DNA from: Verrucomicrobiota bacterium
GTDB lineage: Bacteria > Verrucomicrobiota > Verrucomicrobiia > Limisphaerales > SXTU01
Assembly (NCBI GenBank): GCA_039796295.1
Contig: JBDKJY010000037.1
Coordinates: 2,199-66,198 of the forward strand
Direction: 5' to 3'
Length of the DNA stretch: 64,000 nucleotides
The notes beneath the pieces are model-generated. The model was not told the DNA's origin. It ran no database searches and was given only the letters and a program-made list of their open reading frames with translations. Positions 54,428-64,000 of this stretch are shown one piece after another. The position numbers were made by a program, and so were the translations under genes. How positions within the stretch are numbered: position 1 is the first letter of the stretch; each line of letters opens with the position of its first letter.

Positions 54428-55642
54428 TCACACCAAGTCCCCGTCGCTGCGGCGGTTGAAAGCCGATTCGTAAAGGCCAACGAAGTCCGCGACCTCGACC
54501 CGGCGCGGGTTGAAGTTCGCGGTCCACTGCTTCGCGGCCTCCTCGGCGAGCAGCTTAATTTTCGGCGGCTCGACGCCGCAGTCGGAGAGCGAGCGTGGGA
54601 AGCCGGCGAGGTTGAGCAATGATTCAAGCCGCGCCAGCAACGCTTCGAGCGCCGTCGTTAGACCGCCCTTCACGGTGGCGAGCTCGGGGCCGGAGGCAAG
54701 TTCGGCGTAGCAGCGCAGCGCGGCGGGGTCCGCTGCGTTGAAGCGGATGACGACCGGCAGCATCATGCCGACGGCCTGACCGTGGACGATGTCGTAGTGC
54801 GCGGTCAGAGGGTTCGCCATCGAGTGCGCCGCGCCGAGCATGGAGTTCTCAATCGCGATGCCCGCGTAAGCCGCGCCCAGCAGCATCCGGCCGCGCGCCT
54901 CGAGGTCGCGCGGATGCTTCAGCACCTGCGGCAGGCTCGTGACACACAGCCGGAACGCTTCGCGCGAATACATTTGCGAGAGTGGGTTGCGCTTCGTGGT
55001 CACGGCGGTCTCGACGGCGTGGGCGAGGGCGTCAATGCCTGTGCAGGCCGTAACGCGGTGCGGCTGCGAGACGGTGAGCGCGGGGTCGAGGATGGCGACG
55101 CGCGCGGCGGCCTTCGGGTCGAGGCAGGCCATCTTCATGTGCGTGTGCTCGTCCGCGATGAGCGCGGCGGACTGGCATTCGCTGCCCGTGCCGGCGGTGG
55201 TAGGGATGGCGATGAGCGGGAGCATCGGCAACTTCGCCTTGCCCACACCCCAGTAGTCCTGCATGCGCCCGCCGTTGGTGAGGATGAAGTTGCAGCCCTT
55301 CGCCGTGTCCATTGAGCTGCCGCCACCCAGGCCCACGAGCAGGTCAATTTTCTCCGCCGCCGCCACGGTCACACATTCGTCCACGCACCGGGTGGTGGGG
55401 TTTACCTTCGCGCGGTCGAAAAGGCTGACGTGCAGACCGGCCTTGGCGAGCGACTCCTGCACTTGGGTGGCGTGACCCGCCTTCACGAGCCCGGGATCGG
55501 TGACGAGCAAGACGCGTCGCCCGCCGAGTTCCGCTGCCAGCTCGCCAACCCGCGCAACGGTGCCCGCACCGAAGACCAGTCGAGTGCGAGGCACGAAATC
55601 AAACAGCTCGGCAGGAGCGAAAACGTGGGCAGCGGAAGTCAT
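54428..55642 (-). CDS. iron-containing alcohol dehydrogenase
   Basis: 404 aa. GGGSSMDTAKG motif and His-rich metal-site region (DALAHAVE, HSMANPL). Confidence 0.88.
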   Translation of the reverse strand: MTSAAHVFAPAELFDFVPRTRLVFGAGTVARVGELAAELGGRRVLLVTDPGLVKAGHATQVQESLAKAGLHVSLFDRAKVNPTTRCVDECVTVAAAEKIDLLVGLGGGSSMDTAKGCNFILTNGGRMQDYWGVGKAKLPMLPLIAIPTTAGTGSECQSAALIADEHTHMKMACLDPKAAARVAILDPALTVSQPHRVTACTGIDALAHAVETAVTTKRNPLSQMYSREAFRLCVTSLPQVLKHPRDLEARGRMLLGAAYAGIAIENSMLGAAHSMANPLTAHYDIVHGQAVGMMLPVVIRFNAADPAALRCYAELASGPELATVKGGLTTALEALLARLESLLNLAGFPRSLSDCGVEPPKIKLLAEEAAKQWTANFNPRRVEVADFVGLYESAFNRRSDGDLV

Positions 55643-55769
55643 GTGCGGTTAGAGACTGGCCGAGGATTCTGGCTGTTCAAGAATTTACCACCGCCCACCA
55701 CTGCTCGCTCGACGAACGAACCGCTCGTCAGGTCGCCGCCACCAATGGCCCCATTCCGAGGTCGGCGGC

Positions 55770-56288
55770 TCAGGGCCACCACATCCGCCACACGCCCAGC
55801 AGCGAGTAGAACGTTACCGCCACCGCATACGCGACCATCCCCATGCCGACCGCCAACGGGATCGACGGCCATTCGCTCGACGCCACCACGGCACCGCCCA
55901 CAAGGCCGAAGAGCAGCGTCTCTCCCAGCACGCTGACGAGGTAGGAACGGCGGGTGGAACGGTGCATCGCGTCGCCCACGAGCAACGAGTAATCCGCCTC
56001 GCCCAGCGCGCGCATGAGCCAGGCGGATTTGAAGTTCCGCGCCGCCACCAACAGGCTGGTCGTGACCACAATCAAGCCCGCCAGCGGCCAGTGCGCCGCC
56101 GCGAGGCACAGGCCGAGGTTGAAGGCGATACCCCACTTCCAGCCCAGCCGCTTCGCCAGCGGGTTCGCCTCCAGCGCGAGCGTCGGCGTGGCGAACCAAG
56201 TGCTCAGGAAGTCCATCCCGCGCGCGAAGACCAGCAGGCCAAGCGTGATGAGGTGGTCACGGCTGGCGAAGGGGACGAAGTCTTCCAC
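55770..56288 (-). CDS. hypothetical membrane protein (DUF5658-like)
   Basis: 172 aa with 4-5 hydrophobic helices. LEANPLAK motif after helix 1. Confidence 0.6.
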   Translation of the reverse strand: MEDFVPFASRDHLITLGLLVFARGMDFLSTWFATPTLALEANPLAKRLGWKWGIAFNLGLCLAAAHWPLAGLIVVTTSLLVAARNFKSAWLMRALGEADYSLLVGDAMHRSTRRSYLVSVLGETLLFGLVGGAVVASSEWPSIPLAVGMGMVAYAVAVTFYSLLGVWRMWWP

Positions 56289-56313
56289 GGCGAGGAGGGG
56301 AGGAGGGGAGGAA

Positions 56314-56394
56314 TTTTATAAGGAGAGCAGGAAGGCAGGAGAGGGAAGAGCGCGGCGGCGGTTAAATTCCTGCCTTCCTGCTCTCCTTATAAAA
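56314..56394. repeat. 27-bp perfect inverted repeat with 27-nt loop
   Basis: TTTTATAAGGAGAGCAGGAAGGCAGGA (56314-56340) is the exact reverse complement of 56368-56394. Lies between the hisI stop and the next gene's start. Confidence 0.9.
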
Positions 56395-56400
56395 AACCCC

Positions 56401-56793
56401 TCATGCCTTCTTCCCGTAAATCTGCTCCGGCGTCTCCAGCCGTGGCTCGGTCTCTCGGCAGCTCGCGCCTCCTGCTTCGATGCTGCGGAAGAAGCAGCTC
56501 TTGAAACCTTCGTGGCAGGCCGCGCCGGTCTGCTCGACTTGGATGAGCAGCGTGTCGCCGTCGCAATCGAAGGCGATGTCCTTCACCACCTGCACGTGCC
56601 CGCTGGACTCGCCCTTCATCCAGAACTTCTGCCGCGAGCGGCTCCAGAAGTGCGTCTTGCCGGTGGCGATGGTGGTTTCGAGCGAGGCGCGATTCATCCA
56701 CGCCATCATCAGCACGCGGCCGGTGGAGTGCTCCTGGATAATGGCGGGGACGAGGCCGTCGGTGGTGAACTTGAGTTGGTCGTAGAAGCTCAT
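56401..56793 (-). CDS. hisI: phosphoribosyl-AMP cyclohydrolase
   Basis: 130 aa. [21 protein letters not shown]...[16 protein letters not shown]...DCDGDTLL pattern. Confidence 0.92.
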   Translation of the reverse strand: MSFYDQLKFTTDGLVPAIIQEHSTGRVLMMAWMNRASLETTIATGKTHFWSRSRQKFWMKGESSGHVQVVKDIAFDCDGDTLLIQVEQTGAACHEGFKSCFFRSIEAGGASCRETEPRLETPEQIYGKKA

Positions 56794-57209
56794 TGGGGGG
56801 AGTTGAGAGTTGAAGGTTGAGGGTTGAGAGGGGGCGGCTGGCCGGAAGCGTCATTGCCCGTGTCGAGGCGGACGAAGCAGACGGCGGCGATGACGCAGGC
56901 GAAGGCGGCGAAGTGATTCCACTTCAGCTTCTCGCCAAGGAAGCCGACCGCAAAGCCGCTGAAGACGACGAACGTGATAACTTCCTGCATGATCTTGAGC
57001 TGCGTCGCCGAGTAAGTGCCGTGGCCCCAGCGGTTCGCCGGCACCATCAGGCAATACTCGAAGAACGCGATGCCCCAACTCGCCAGCACGACCACCCAGA
57101 GCGGCGCGGTCTTGAACTTCAGATGCCCATACCACGCGACCGTCATGAAGACGTTCGAGGCGATGAGCAGCAGGATGGGCGTGAACCGGGATTCAGTGAG
57201 CGATGCCAT
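56790..57209 (-). CDS. DMT-superfamily small membrane protein (DUF486-like)
   Basis: 139 aa with 4 TM segments. [13 protein letters not shown] motif. 4-nt overlap with the hisI start. Confidence 0.75.
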   Translation of the reverse strand: MASLTESRFTPILLLIASNVFMTVAWYGHLKFKTAPLWVVVLASWGIAFFEYCLMVPANRWGHGTYSATQLKIMQEVITFVVFSGFAVGFLGEKLKWNHFAAFACVIAAVCFVRLDTGNDASGQPPPLNPQPSTLNSPQ

Positions 57210-57213
57210 AGGG

Positions 57214-57990
57214 TCAGACCGGGCGCACGGGAATTCCCCTCCCAGCCAAGTGGCGCTTCACGTCGCCGACGGTGTAGGTGCCGAAGTGAAAGATGCTCGC
57301 GGCCAGCACCGCGTCAGCCCTGCCCAGAAGCAGCACGTCTGCCATGTGCTCCAAGCTGCCCGCGCCGCCGCTCGCCACCACGGGGACGCCCACCGCCTCG
57401 CTCACGCGCCGGGTGATGACGAGGTCGAAGCCGGCCTTCGTGCCGTCTGCGTCAATGGAGTTCAAGACGATTTCCCCCGCGCCAAGGGCCACCGCACGTT
57501 TCGCCCACTCGACCGCTTCGAGGCCGGTCGCCTGCCGCCCGCCTTTCGCGAAGACCTCCCAGCGGTCCGGTGCGACCTGCTTGCAATCAATCGAGACGAC
57601 GATGCACTGGCTGCCGAACTTCTCCGCGCCCTGCCGGATAAGGTCTGGCGTCGCGAGTGCCGAGGAGTTGATGCTCACCTTGTCCGCGCCGGCCCGCAGC
57701 ATCGTCTGCATGTCTTCCAACACGCGGATGCCGCCGCCGACGGTGAGCGGCATGAAGCACTGGTCCGCCGCGCGCTCAATCACGTCCACCATGCTCGCGC
57801 GCCCGTGCGCGCTGGCCGTGATGTCGAAGAACACCATCTCGTCTGCGCCCTGCGCGTTGTAACGAACCGCCAGCTCGACCGGGTCGCCGACGTTCCGCAA
57901 GCCGCCGGTCTCCGCGCGCCCGAACTGCACGCCGCGCGTGACCTGACCGTCGTGAACGTCGAGACACGGGATGATGCGTTTGGCGAGCAT
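57214..57990 (-). CDS. hisF: imidazole glycerol phosphate synthase, cyclase subunit
   Basis: ORF 57214..58032; ATG 57990 gives [12 protein letters not shown]. The motifs [15 protein letters not shown] and ASGGAG are present. Confidence 0.93.
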   Translation of the reverse strand: MLAKRIIPCLDVHDGQVTRGVQFGRAETGGLRNVGDPVELAVRYNAQGADEMVFFDITASAHGRASMVDVIERAADQCFMPLTVGGGIRVLEDMQTMLRAGADKVSINSSALATPDLIRQGAEKFGSQCIVVSIDCKQVAPDRWEVFAKGGRQATGLEAVEWAKRAVALGAGEIVLNSIDADGTKAGFDLVITRRVSEAVGVPVVASGGAGSLEHMADVLLLGRADAVLAASIFHFGTYTVGDVKRHLAGRGIPVRPV

Positions 57991-58058
57991 GGGGTGGGCA
58001 AGGAAACCGCCCGATGACTCGCGATGAATCATCGGGCGGCGACGAGAGTGGTGGTTGG

Positions 58059-58451
58059 TTACTTGCCGACGCTGAACTTGCCGTCGGTGTTTTTGAAGGA
58101 CTTGTCTGTGTAAAGCACGGTGCTGATGGAGCTGAGGGCATCCTTGGCCGAGAACTTGTAACCCAGCTTCTGGACGGCTTCGAGGAGCTCCTTCCGGCCC
58201 AACGCCTTGTCGCCAAGCGCCTGGGTCATCGCTTCCTTCATGGTCATGGAGTTCTTGGCGCGCGGGCCCCGGCGGGCACCCGGCTTCGCGGCGAGTTTGG
58301 GTTCAGGCTTGGGTCCAGGCTTGGCGGCGGCAGGGCCAGGGCTCCCATCCAGTGCACGGTTGATGGCAGCGAGCCGGGTTTCGAGGGTGGCCTTTTCCTG
58401 CGTCAGGGACGCGCGCATGGCCATGTATTGATCTACATCGGTTAGTTTCAT
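58059..58451 (-). CDS. hypothetical DNA-binding-like protein (coiled coil, Lys/Pro-rich linker, HARE-HTH-like C-terminus)
   Basis: 130 aa. The [26 protein letters not shown] linker is histone-H1-like. The C-terminal [11 protein letters not shown]...[13 protein letters not shown]...DGKFSV resembles winged-helix HARE-HTH. Confidence 0.55.
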   Translation of the reverse strand: MKLTDVDQYMAMRASLTQEKATLETRLAAINRALDGSPGPAAAKPGPKPEPKLAAKPGARRGPRAKNSMTMKEAMTQALGDKALGRKELLEAVQKLGYKFSAKDALSSISTVLYTDKSFKNTDGKFSVGK

Positions 58452-58582
58452 GGGTTTCCTATATGTCGCCAGGAGTTAGCTGGCAAGCTGTCTGACAAGC
58501 CGTCGCCTTGACACTCCCCCGCTCAATCCTCATTTTCGCCCGTGTGAACGGGACATTCTCCCGCTGACCGCGACAACTTTTT

Positions 58583-61285
58583 ATGAGCCATAATCTGTTC
58601 AACACACTGCAATCTTTTGACCTCGGCAACGGCAAGTCAGGCCAGTTCTACTCGCTTCCCGCGCTGGAAGCCGCCGGTGTCGGCCCCATCTCGCGCCTGC
58701 CCGTGAGCATTCGCATCGTGCTGGAATCCGTGCTGCGCAACTACGACGACAAGAAGGTCAGCGAGGCGAACGTCAAGGAACTCGCGAACTGGAAGCCAAA
58801 CGACACGCGCACGGCGGAAATTCCGTTCGTGGTCGCGCGCATCGTGTTGCAGGACTTCACCGGCGTGCCGCTGCTCGTGGATCTCGCGGCGATGCGCAGC
58901 GCCGTCGCGAAGCTCGGCAAGAACCCGAAGATCATCGAACCGCTCGTGCCGGTGGACCTCGTCGTCGATCACTCGGTGCAGGTGGATGCGGCGGGCGCGG
59001 CGGATTCGTTCGCGAAGAACCTGGAGATCGAATTCCAGCGCAACCGTGAGCGCTACCAGTTTTTGAAATGGGGCATGCAGGCGTTCGACACGTTCAAAGT
59101 CGTCCCGCCCGGCATCGGCATCGTCCATCAGGTGAACCTCGAATACCTCGCCAAGGGCGTCCTCTCCGCCGGCGGCGTTTATTATCCCGACACCCTCGTC
59201 GGCACCGACTCGCACACCACGATGATCAATGGTCTCGGCATCGTCGGCTGGGGCGTCGGCGGCATCGAGGCGGAGGCGGGCATGCTCGGCCAGCCGGTTT
59301 ATTTCCTCACGCCGGATGTCGTGGGCGTCCACCTGACCGGCGCGATTCGCGAAGGCGTCACCGCCACGGACGTCGCGCTCACCGTCACGCAACTGCTGCG
59401 CAAGGCGAAGGTCGTCGGCAAGTTCGTTGAGTTCTTTGGCCCCGGTGCCGCCGCGCTCCCGCTCGTGGACCGCGCGACCATCGCGAACATGGCACCTGAA
59501 TACGGCGCGACGATGGGCTTCTTCCCCATCGACGAGGAATGCACCAACTACCTGCGCGCCACCGGCCGCAGCGAGGCGCATTGCCTGATGTATGAGAACT
59601 ACTACAAGGCGCAGAATCTCTGGGGCATTCCCCAGGCTGGCCAGGTGGATTACTCGCAGGTCATCGAACTCGACCTCAACACGGTGAAGCCCAGCGTCGC
59701 CGGTCCGAAACGTCCGCAGGACCGCATCGAACTGCCAAACCTTCGTCGCGAATTCTTCAGCTCCTTCCAACGCCCCGTGACCGAGAACGGCTTTGGCAAG
59801 ACGCGCAAAGACTTCTCGAAATCCGTGAAGGTCGAGATGACTACAAAGAAAAAAGCCACCGTCGGCACCGGCTCCGTGCTTATCGCCGCCATCACGAGCT
59901 GCACGAACACGAGCAACCCGAGCGTGATGATCGCCGCCGGTTTGCTCGCGAAGAAGGCCGTGGAAAAAGGGCTCAAGGTGAACCCCGCCGTGAAGGCGTC
60001 GCTCGCGCCCGGTTCGCGCGTCGTCACCGATTACCTCAAAAAGACCGGCCTCACGCCGTATCTCAACAAGCTGCGCTTCAACCTCGTCGGCTACGGGTGC
60101 ACGACCTGCATCGGCAACTCCGGCCCGCTCGACGCGAACATTGAGGAGGCCGTGGTGAAGAACGATCTCATCACCGCCAGCGTGCTCTCCGGCAACCGCA
60201 ACTTCGAGGCGCGCGTGCATCAGAACATCAAGGCGAACTTTCTCATGTCGCCGCCGCTCGTCGTCGCGTTCGCGCTCGCGGGCCGCGTGGATCTCGACCT
60301 GAGCTGCGAGCCGCTTGGCAAGGACAAGGACGGCGAACCCGTCTATCTCGCCGACCTCTGGCCCACGCTCCAGGAAGTGCGCGACGCCATGCAGTCGTCG
60401 CTCAAGCCGGAGATTTTCCAGAAACTCTACAAGAACTTCGCCTCGCAGAATCCGAAGTGGAACGAGATTCCGTCCACCGTCGGCAACGTCTATGAGTGGG
60501 ACCGGCAGAGCACTTACATCCAGGAACCGCCGTTCTTCACGAACTTCGGCATGGAGCCCGGCAGCATCAAGCCCATCACTGGCGCGCGCGCCCTCGGCAT
60601 CTTCGGCGACAGCGTCACCACCGACCACATCTCGCCCGCCGGCGCGATCAAGAAGAGTTCGCCCGCCGGAAAATTCCTCGGCGACAACGGCGTCGAGTTT
60701 GTGGACTTCAACAGCTACGGCTCGCGTCGTGGCAACGACCGCATCATGACGCGCGGCACCTTCGCCAATGTGCGCATCAAGAACCTGATGCTCGGCGGCG
60801 AGGAAGGCGGCAACACCATCTATCAGCCCACCGGCGAGAAGATGGCCATCTACGACGCGGCGGTGAAGCACATCGCCAGCGGCACGCCGCTCATCATCCT
60901 GGCCGGACAGGAATACGGCACCGGCTCCAGCCGCGACTGGGCTGCGAAAGGCACGAACCTGCTCGGCGTGAAAGTCGTCGTCGCACAGAGCTTCGAGCGC
61001 ATCCATCGCAGCAACCTCGTCGGCATGGGCGTGCTCCCGTTGCAATTCAAGGAAGGCACCACGGCGCAGACCCTGAAGCTCGACGGCAGCGAGACCTACG
61101 ACATCGTGGGCCTCGACGCGAACCTCAAGCCCCAGCAGGATCTCACGCTGAAAATCACGCGCAAAGACGGCACCGTGGAGAACATCGCCGTCGCCTGCCG
61201 CATCGATACGCCCATCGAGATCGACTACTACCAGCACGGCGGAATCCTGCCGTATGTGTTGCGGCAGTTGGTCGCGAAGGCGTAG
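58583..61285 (+). CDS. acnA: aconitate hydratase A
   Basis: 900 aa. Fe-S ligand regions [17 protein letters not shown] and [10 protein letters not shown] are present, as is the swivel-domain motif [10 protein letters not shown]. Confidence 0.95.
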   Translation: MSHNLFNTLQSFDLGNGKSGQFYSLPALEAAGVGPISRLPVSIRIVLESVLRNYDDKKVSEANVKELANWKPNDTRTAEIPFVVARIVLQDFTGVPLLVDLAAMRSAVAKLGKNPKIIEPLVPVDLVVDHSVQVDAAGAADSFAKNLEIEFQRNRERYQFLKWGMQAFDTFKVVPPGIGIVHQVNLEYLAKGVLSAGGVYYPDTLVGTDSHTTMINGLGIVGWGVGGIEAEAGMLGQPVYFLTPDVVGVHLTGAIREGVTATDVALTVTQLLRKAKVVGKFVEFFGPGAAALPLVDRATIANMAPEYGATMGFFPIDEECTNYLRATGRSEAHCLMYENYYKAQNLWGIPQAGQVDYSQVIELDLNTVKPSVAGPKRPQDRIELPNLRREFFSSFQRPVTENGFGKTRKDFSKSVKVEMTTKKKATVGTGSVLIAAITSCTNTSNPSVMIAAGLLAKKAVEKGLKVNPAVKASLAPGSRVVTDYLKKTGLTPYLNKLRFNLVGYGCTTCIGNSGPLDANIEEAVVKNDLITASVLSGNRNFEARVHQNIKANFLMSPPLVVAFALAGRVDLDLSCEPLGKDKDGEPVYLADLWPTLQEVRDAMQSSLKPEIFQKLYKNFASQNPKWNEIPSTVGNVYEWDRQSTYIQEPPFFTNFGMEPGSIKPITGARALGIFGDSVTTDHISPAGAIKKSSPAGKFLGDNGVEFVDFNSYGSRRGNDRIMTRGTFANVRIKNLMLGGEEGGNTIYQPTGEKMAIYDAAVKHIASGTPLIILAGQEYGTGSSRDWAAKGTNLLGVKVVVAQSFERIHRSNLVGMGVLPLQFKEGTTAQTLKLDGSETYDIVGLDANLKPQQDLTLKITRKDGTVENIAVACRIDTPIEIDYYQHGGILPYVLRQLVAKA

Positions 61286-61290
61286 TCGGT

Positions 61291-61355
61291 GGAGCGCCGA
61301 GCATCGCTCGGCCCGAAGCGAAGACGCGCACAAGCCGAGCAATGCTCGGCGCTCC
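61291..61355. repeat. REP doublet downstream of acnA
   Basis: GGAGCGCCGAGCATCGCTCGGC (61291-61312) and GCCGAGCAATGCTCGGCGCTCC (61334-61355). A further degenerate copy lies at 61368-61384. Confidence 0.85.
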
Positions 61356-61420
61356 GAACACAGGAACGCCAAGCATTGCTTGGCTTGGAGCGTGAGATGG
61401 ATTGAGCGCAAAATTACTGC

Positions 61421-62635
61421 ATGGCACGCGATAACTATTTGTTGAGTTCTGAAGATTTCAGTTCACGGTTGGAAAATGCCCGCCGCGAAATTCAGGACGT
61501 TGTGGCGAGAGAGACAGACGACTATATCCTGTCCGTAAACGAATTGGCCTACGCCGCTAGCCTTGAGAGCCGGTTCAGCATCGACGAGTTGGAGTTCTTT
61601 CCTGACAAAGCTTATGTCGCTTGGGAGGGAGACCGCGCAGTCTCTTACGAGTCGCGGTTCGGAAGGACGGGGACGCGAAATGTTCACCACATCACGTTTA
61701 CTGTGCCTTGGAGCGGGCCCAAGTGGTTGCTGGTCTGCCAACCAAATCAGTTCACCACTTGTCCTCCTCAAGCGATTATCACGGCAACCGAGTTACAATG
61801 GACTTACGCAACCGAAAATCGGACACCAGAGCAAATCAAGCAGGAGTTCGACTCATCCGTGGCGCTCGTTGGTCGTTACGTCGGCTGGGTGAACGAGATG
61901 GTCAGGCACTGGAATCAGAATCTGCGCGGAGTCATTGAACCGCTCTTTCGACACCGCAAAGAACGTCTCACCAAGGGAACATCGTTCGCCCAAAGCTTCG
62001 GTCTTCCAGTTCGTTCCCGCAGTGCAAGTCAGCAGCCCTTGCCGGTGCCAGTGTCTCGCGGACGAATCGAGATCCCAAAGCCATCCGCAGCCACAAGTCC
62101 GACGGAGCGCGCGCGGACTCTCGACGATGCCATCTATGAGGAAATCCTTGCGAACCTTCGGAACATGAACACGGTGGTTGAGCGGAATCCATCCGCCTTC
62201 AAGGGAATGGATGAGGAGACGCTTCGTTGGCATTTCTTGGTGCAGCTCAACAACAACTTTGAAACTGGAGCAACAGGAGAAACTTTCAGCAAGAAAGGGA
62301 AGACTGACATTTTTCTGTCTGCTGATGGAAGGGCGGCTTTCATCGCAGAGTGCAAATTCTGGACAGGCCCGTCGTCTTTTTTACCCATCATCGATCAGTT
62401 GCTTGGTTATCTAACCTGGCGAGACACAAAGACGGCGATTCTCCTGTTCGTCAGAAACAAGGACTTCAGTTCAGTTGCCGTTCAGGTTCCAGCGCTCGTC
62501 CAAGGCCACCCCAATCACATTCGGTTTCTCGGCGAAAAGCACCCCGCCGAATTTCGGTTTCTCCTGCGCTCTCGGGATGCCAGCAACGAATTCTTAACCT
62601 TGGCCGTCATGTGCTTTCACCTTCCCTCGGATTAG
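61421..62635 (+). CDS. hypothetical protein with C-terminal PD-(D/E)xK nuclease-like motif
   Basis: 404-aa ORF in a visibly lower-GC segment. KGKTDIFLSADGRAAFIAECKFW fits the D...E-x-K spacing of restriction-endonuclease-fold proteins. Bracketed by REP doublets. Confidence 0.65.
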   Translation: MARDNYLLSSEDFSSRLENARREIQDVVARETDDYILSVNELAYAASLESRFSIDELEFFPDKAYVAWEGDRAVSYESRFGRTGTRNVHHITFTVPWSGPKWLLVCQPNQFTTCPPQAIITATELQWTYATENRTPEQIKQEFDSSVALVGRYVGWVNEMVRHWNQNLRGVIEPLFRHRKERLTKGTSFAQSFGLPVRSRSASQQPLPVPVSRGRIEIPKPSAATSPTERARTLDDAIYEEILANLRNMNTVVERNPSAFKGMDEETLRWHFLVQLNNNFETGATGETFSKKGKTDIFLSADGRAAFIAECKFWTGPSSFLPIIDQLLGYLTWRDTKTAILLFVRNKDFSSVAVQVPALVQGHPNHIRFLGEKHPAEFRFLLRSRDASNEFLTLAVMCFHLPSD

Positions 62636-62659
62636 ACACGCAGTTTCGACACTGGAGTC

Positions 62660-62842
62660 GGAGCGCCGATCATCGCTCGGCATGAGGGCACGAACACCCG
62701 TCGGGCCGAGCAATACTCGGCGCTCCGGGGATGGGGGGGGGGCGTCCGATGGGCGGCGCTCCGGCGGGTGGAGCGCCAAGCATTGCTTGGCCGGAGTGCG
62801 ATGTGCTTCACTTCACCCGTGCCGAGCGATGCTCGGCGCTCC
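62660..62842. repeat. two REP doublets immediately upstream of the RAYT gene
   Basis: REP copies at 62660-62681, 62705-62726, 62770-62791 and 62821-62842, in alternating orientation. The last one ends 1 nt before the RAYT ATG. Confidence 0.9.
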
Positions 62843-62843
62843 G

Positions 62844-63539
62844 ATGAACGCGAACCGGCCACCACTCACGAAGCGGCAATACCTGCGCGAGTTGGTTTCC
62901 GAGAAGAACAAGTGGGATGAACCGCTGTCGGACCCCGACAAGGCCAACGGCTTCCTCGGCTGGCACGAGCGCGGTTATCTGCCGCACTGCGACAAGCCCG
63001 GCCTCGTGCAACTCGTCACGCTTCGCCTTGTCGATTCACTTCCCGCCTCCCGTCGCGGCGAGTGGGAACACTTGCTCAAGATTGAGGACACCCGCGAGCG
63101 GCGGACAGAACTGGAATCCTACCTCGACCGCGGCGTCGGCGAATGCTGGCTCCGCGACGCGCGTGTCGCCGCCTGCATGGAACAGTCGATGCGGTTTCAT
63201 CACGGCGAGCGTTACGAATTGCTGGCTTGGTGCGTGATGCCGAACCATGTCCATGTGCTCGTCCACGTCTGGGATTGGCCGTTGGCGAAGACGCTTCAAA
63301 ACTGGAAATCCATCGCAGCAGTCAAAACCAACCGCATCCTCGGTCGCAGCGGTTCATTCTGGCAGCGCGAGTATTGGGACACTTTCATGCGAAGCACTGA
63401 GCAGGAGAAGACGGCCATTCGTTACGTGGAGAGCAATCCAATGAAGGCGAAGCTGTGTCGAGCGGCAGAAGATTGGCCGTTCAGCAGTGCGCGATTCCGC
63501 GACGGGTATCGGCGGCTGGTTTTGCCTCTGAAGACATAG
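62844..63539 (+). mobile_element. REP-associated tyrosine transposase (RAYT, IS200/IS605 TnpA-like Y1 HUH enzyme)
   Basis: ORF 62682..63539; ATG 62844 gives 231 aa. HUH motif VMPNHVHVLV and catalytic Tyr region FWQREYWDTFMRS. Flanked on both sides by REP doublets. Confidence 0.85.
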
Positions 63540-63544
63540 CTTTC

Positions 63545-63612
63545 GGAGCGCCGAGCATTGCTCGGCATTGGTTCGCGCCTGCCCGTTCGTGCCGAGCAAT
63601 GTTCGGCGCTCC
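63545..63612. repeat. REP doublet between the RAYT and the truncated RAYT copy
   Basis: GGAGCGCCGAGCATTGCTCGGC (63545-63566) and GCCGAGCAATGTTCGGCGCTCC (63591-63612). Confidence 0.9.
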
Positions 63613-63618
63613 GAGGGC

Positions 63619-63795
63619 ATGACGCCGCGAACCAAACGCGAATACCTGCGCGAACTGGTGGCCAACAAGAACCGGTGGTCGCGTCCGCTCACAGCCGAGG
63701 AGCACGCCCTTGGTTTCCTCGGTTGGCACGAGCACGATTACCTATCGATCTGCCACCGAGGCCATCTTTCCGAGGCACGGATCGCTCTAGCCTGA
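63619..63795 (+). pseudogene. truncated second RAYT copy (N-terminal ~45 aa only)
   Basis: MTPRTKREYLRELVANKNRWSRPLTAEEHALGFLGWHEHDYL parallels the RAYT N-terminus MNANRPPLTKRQYLRELVSEKNKWDEPLSDPDKANGFLGWHERGYL. It then diverges and stops, and no HUH motif follows. Confidence 0.7.
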
Positions 63796-64000
63796 AATGC
63801 CTGCTATCTCCTTGCTTTCGAGGTGTTTTTCTTGATGGCTCCAATTGAGATTGGTTCTCCGGGAGCTGTCTCAAGTCTTCCGAGCGCCGTCTTAAGTCTT
63901 CCGGGAGCTGTCTTAAGCTTTCGCTCCTTCGGGGATCATAGTGGGTAAAGATCGAGCTTTCCGCAGAAGAACAGGATGCGCGTCCGGTAGTTCTGAAAGT

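Noticed and set aside
56314-56394. The perfect hairpin as a rho-independent terminator
   Set aside because: The stem is followed by A-rich sequence, not U-rich, in both transcription directions.

Overview
High-GC window (roughly two-thirds G+C by eye, not computed) that looks like chromosome from a PVC-group, Verrucomicrobia-like bacterium. That origin is inferred from gene content and repeat families, with no marker gene. About 50 protein genes are supported. They cover carbohydrate and envelope functions (Tat-signal isomerase and Gfo/Idh/MocA oxidoreductase, GalU-like transferase, a 1120-aa kinase/pyrophosphorylase-like fusion, GHL10 hydrolase, sulfatase, AsnB, three tandem YfhO-like GT-C membrane proteins) and housekeeping genes (acnA, hisF, hisI, dprA, nagB, maf, UvrD/PcrA-type helicase). 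The most interesting part is an accessory locus at about 13.2-22.5 kb. It contains an Asn-synthetase-like lasso cyclase and a PqqD-type RRE. It also holds four paralogous 51-52 aa precursor ORFs that are too short for the ORF track; I found them by hand translation of the minus strand. They share a conserved leader and promoter-like module, have hypervariable cores, and all end in Ser. Candidate tailoring genes are an HprK-like kinase and a sulfotransferase (each split by a 1-nt homopolymer frameshift), an Fe/2OG oxygenase and a divergent PRMT-like methyltransferase. No leader peptidase or exporter is recognisable. A 22-bp-period array of a 13-bp palindrome sits inside this locus. The window also carries many small structured repeats: several palindromic or MITE-like families (some inserted in-frame in CDSs), heptanucleotide x4 arrays, and REP doublets with a RAYT transposase. 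Other items are a ParE-type toxin-antitoxin pair and two lower-GC islets. One islet encodes a PD-(D/E)xK-motif orphan. I saw no rRNA, tRNA or CRISPR array. All domain calls come from motif recognition by eye; no searches were run.
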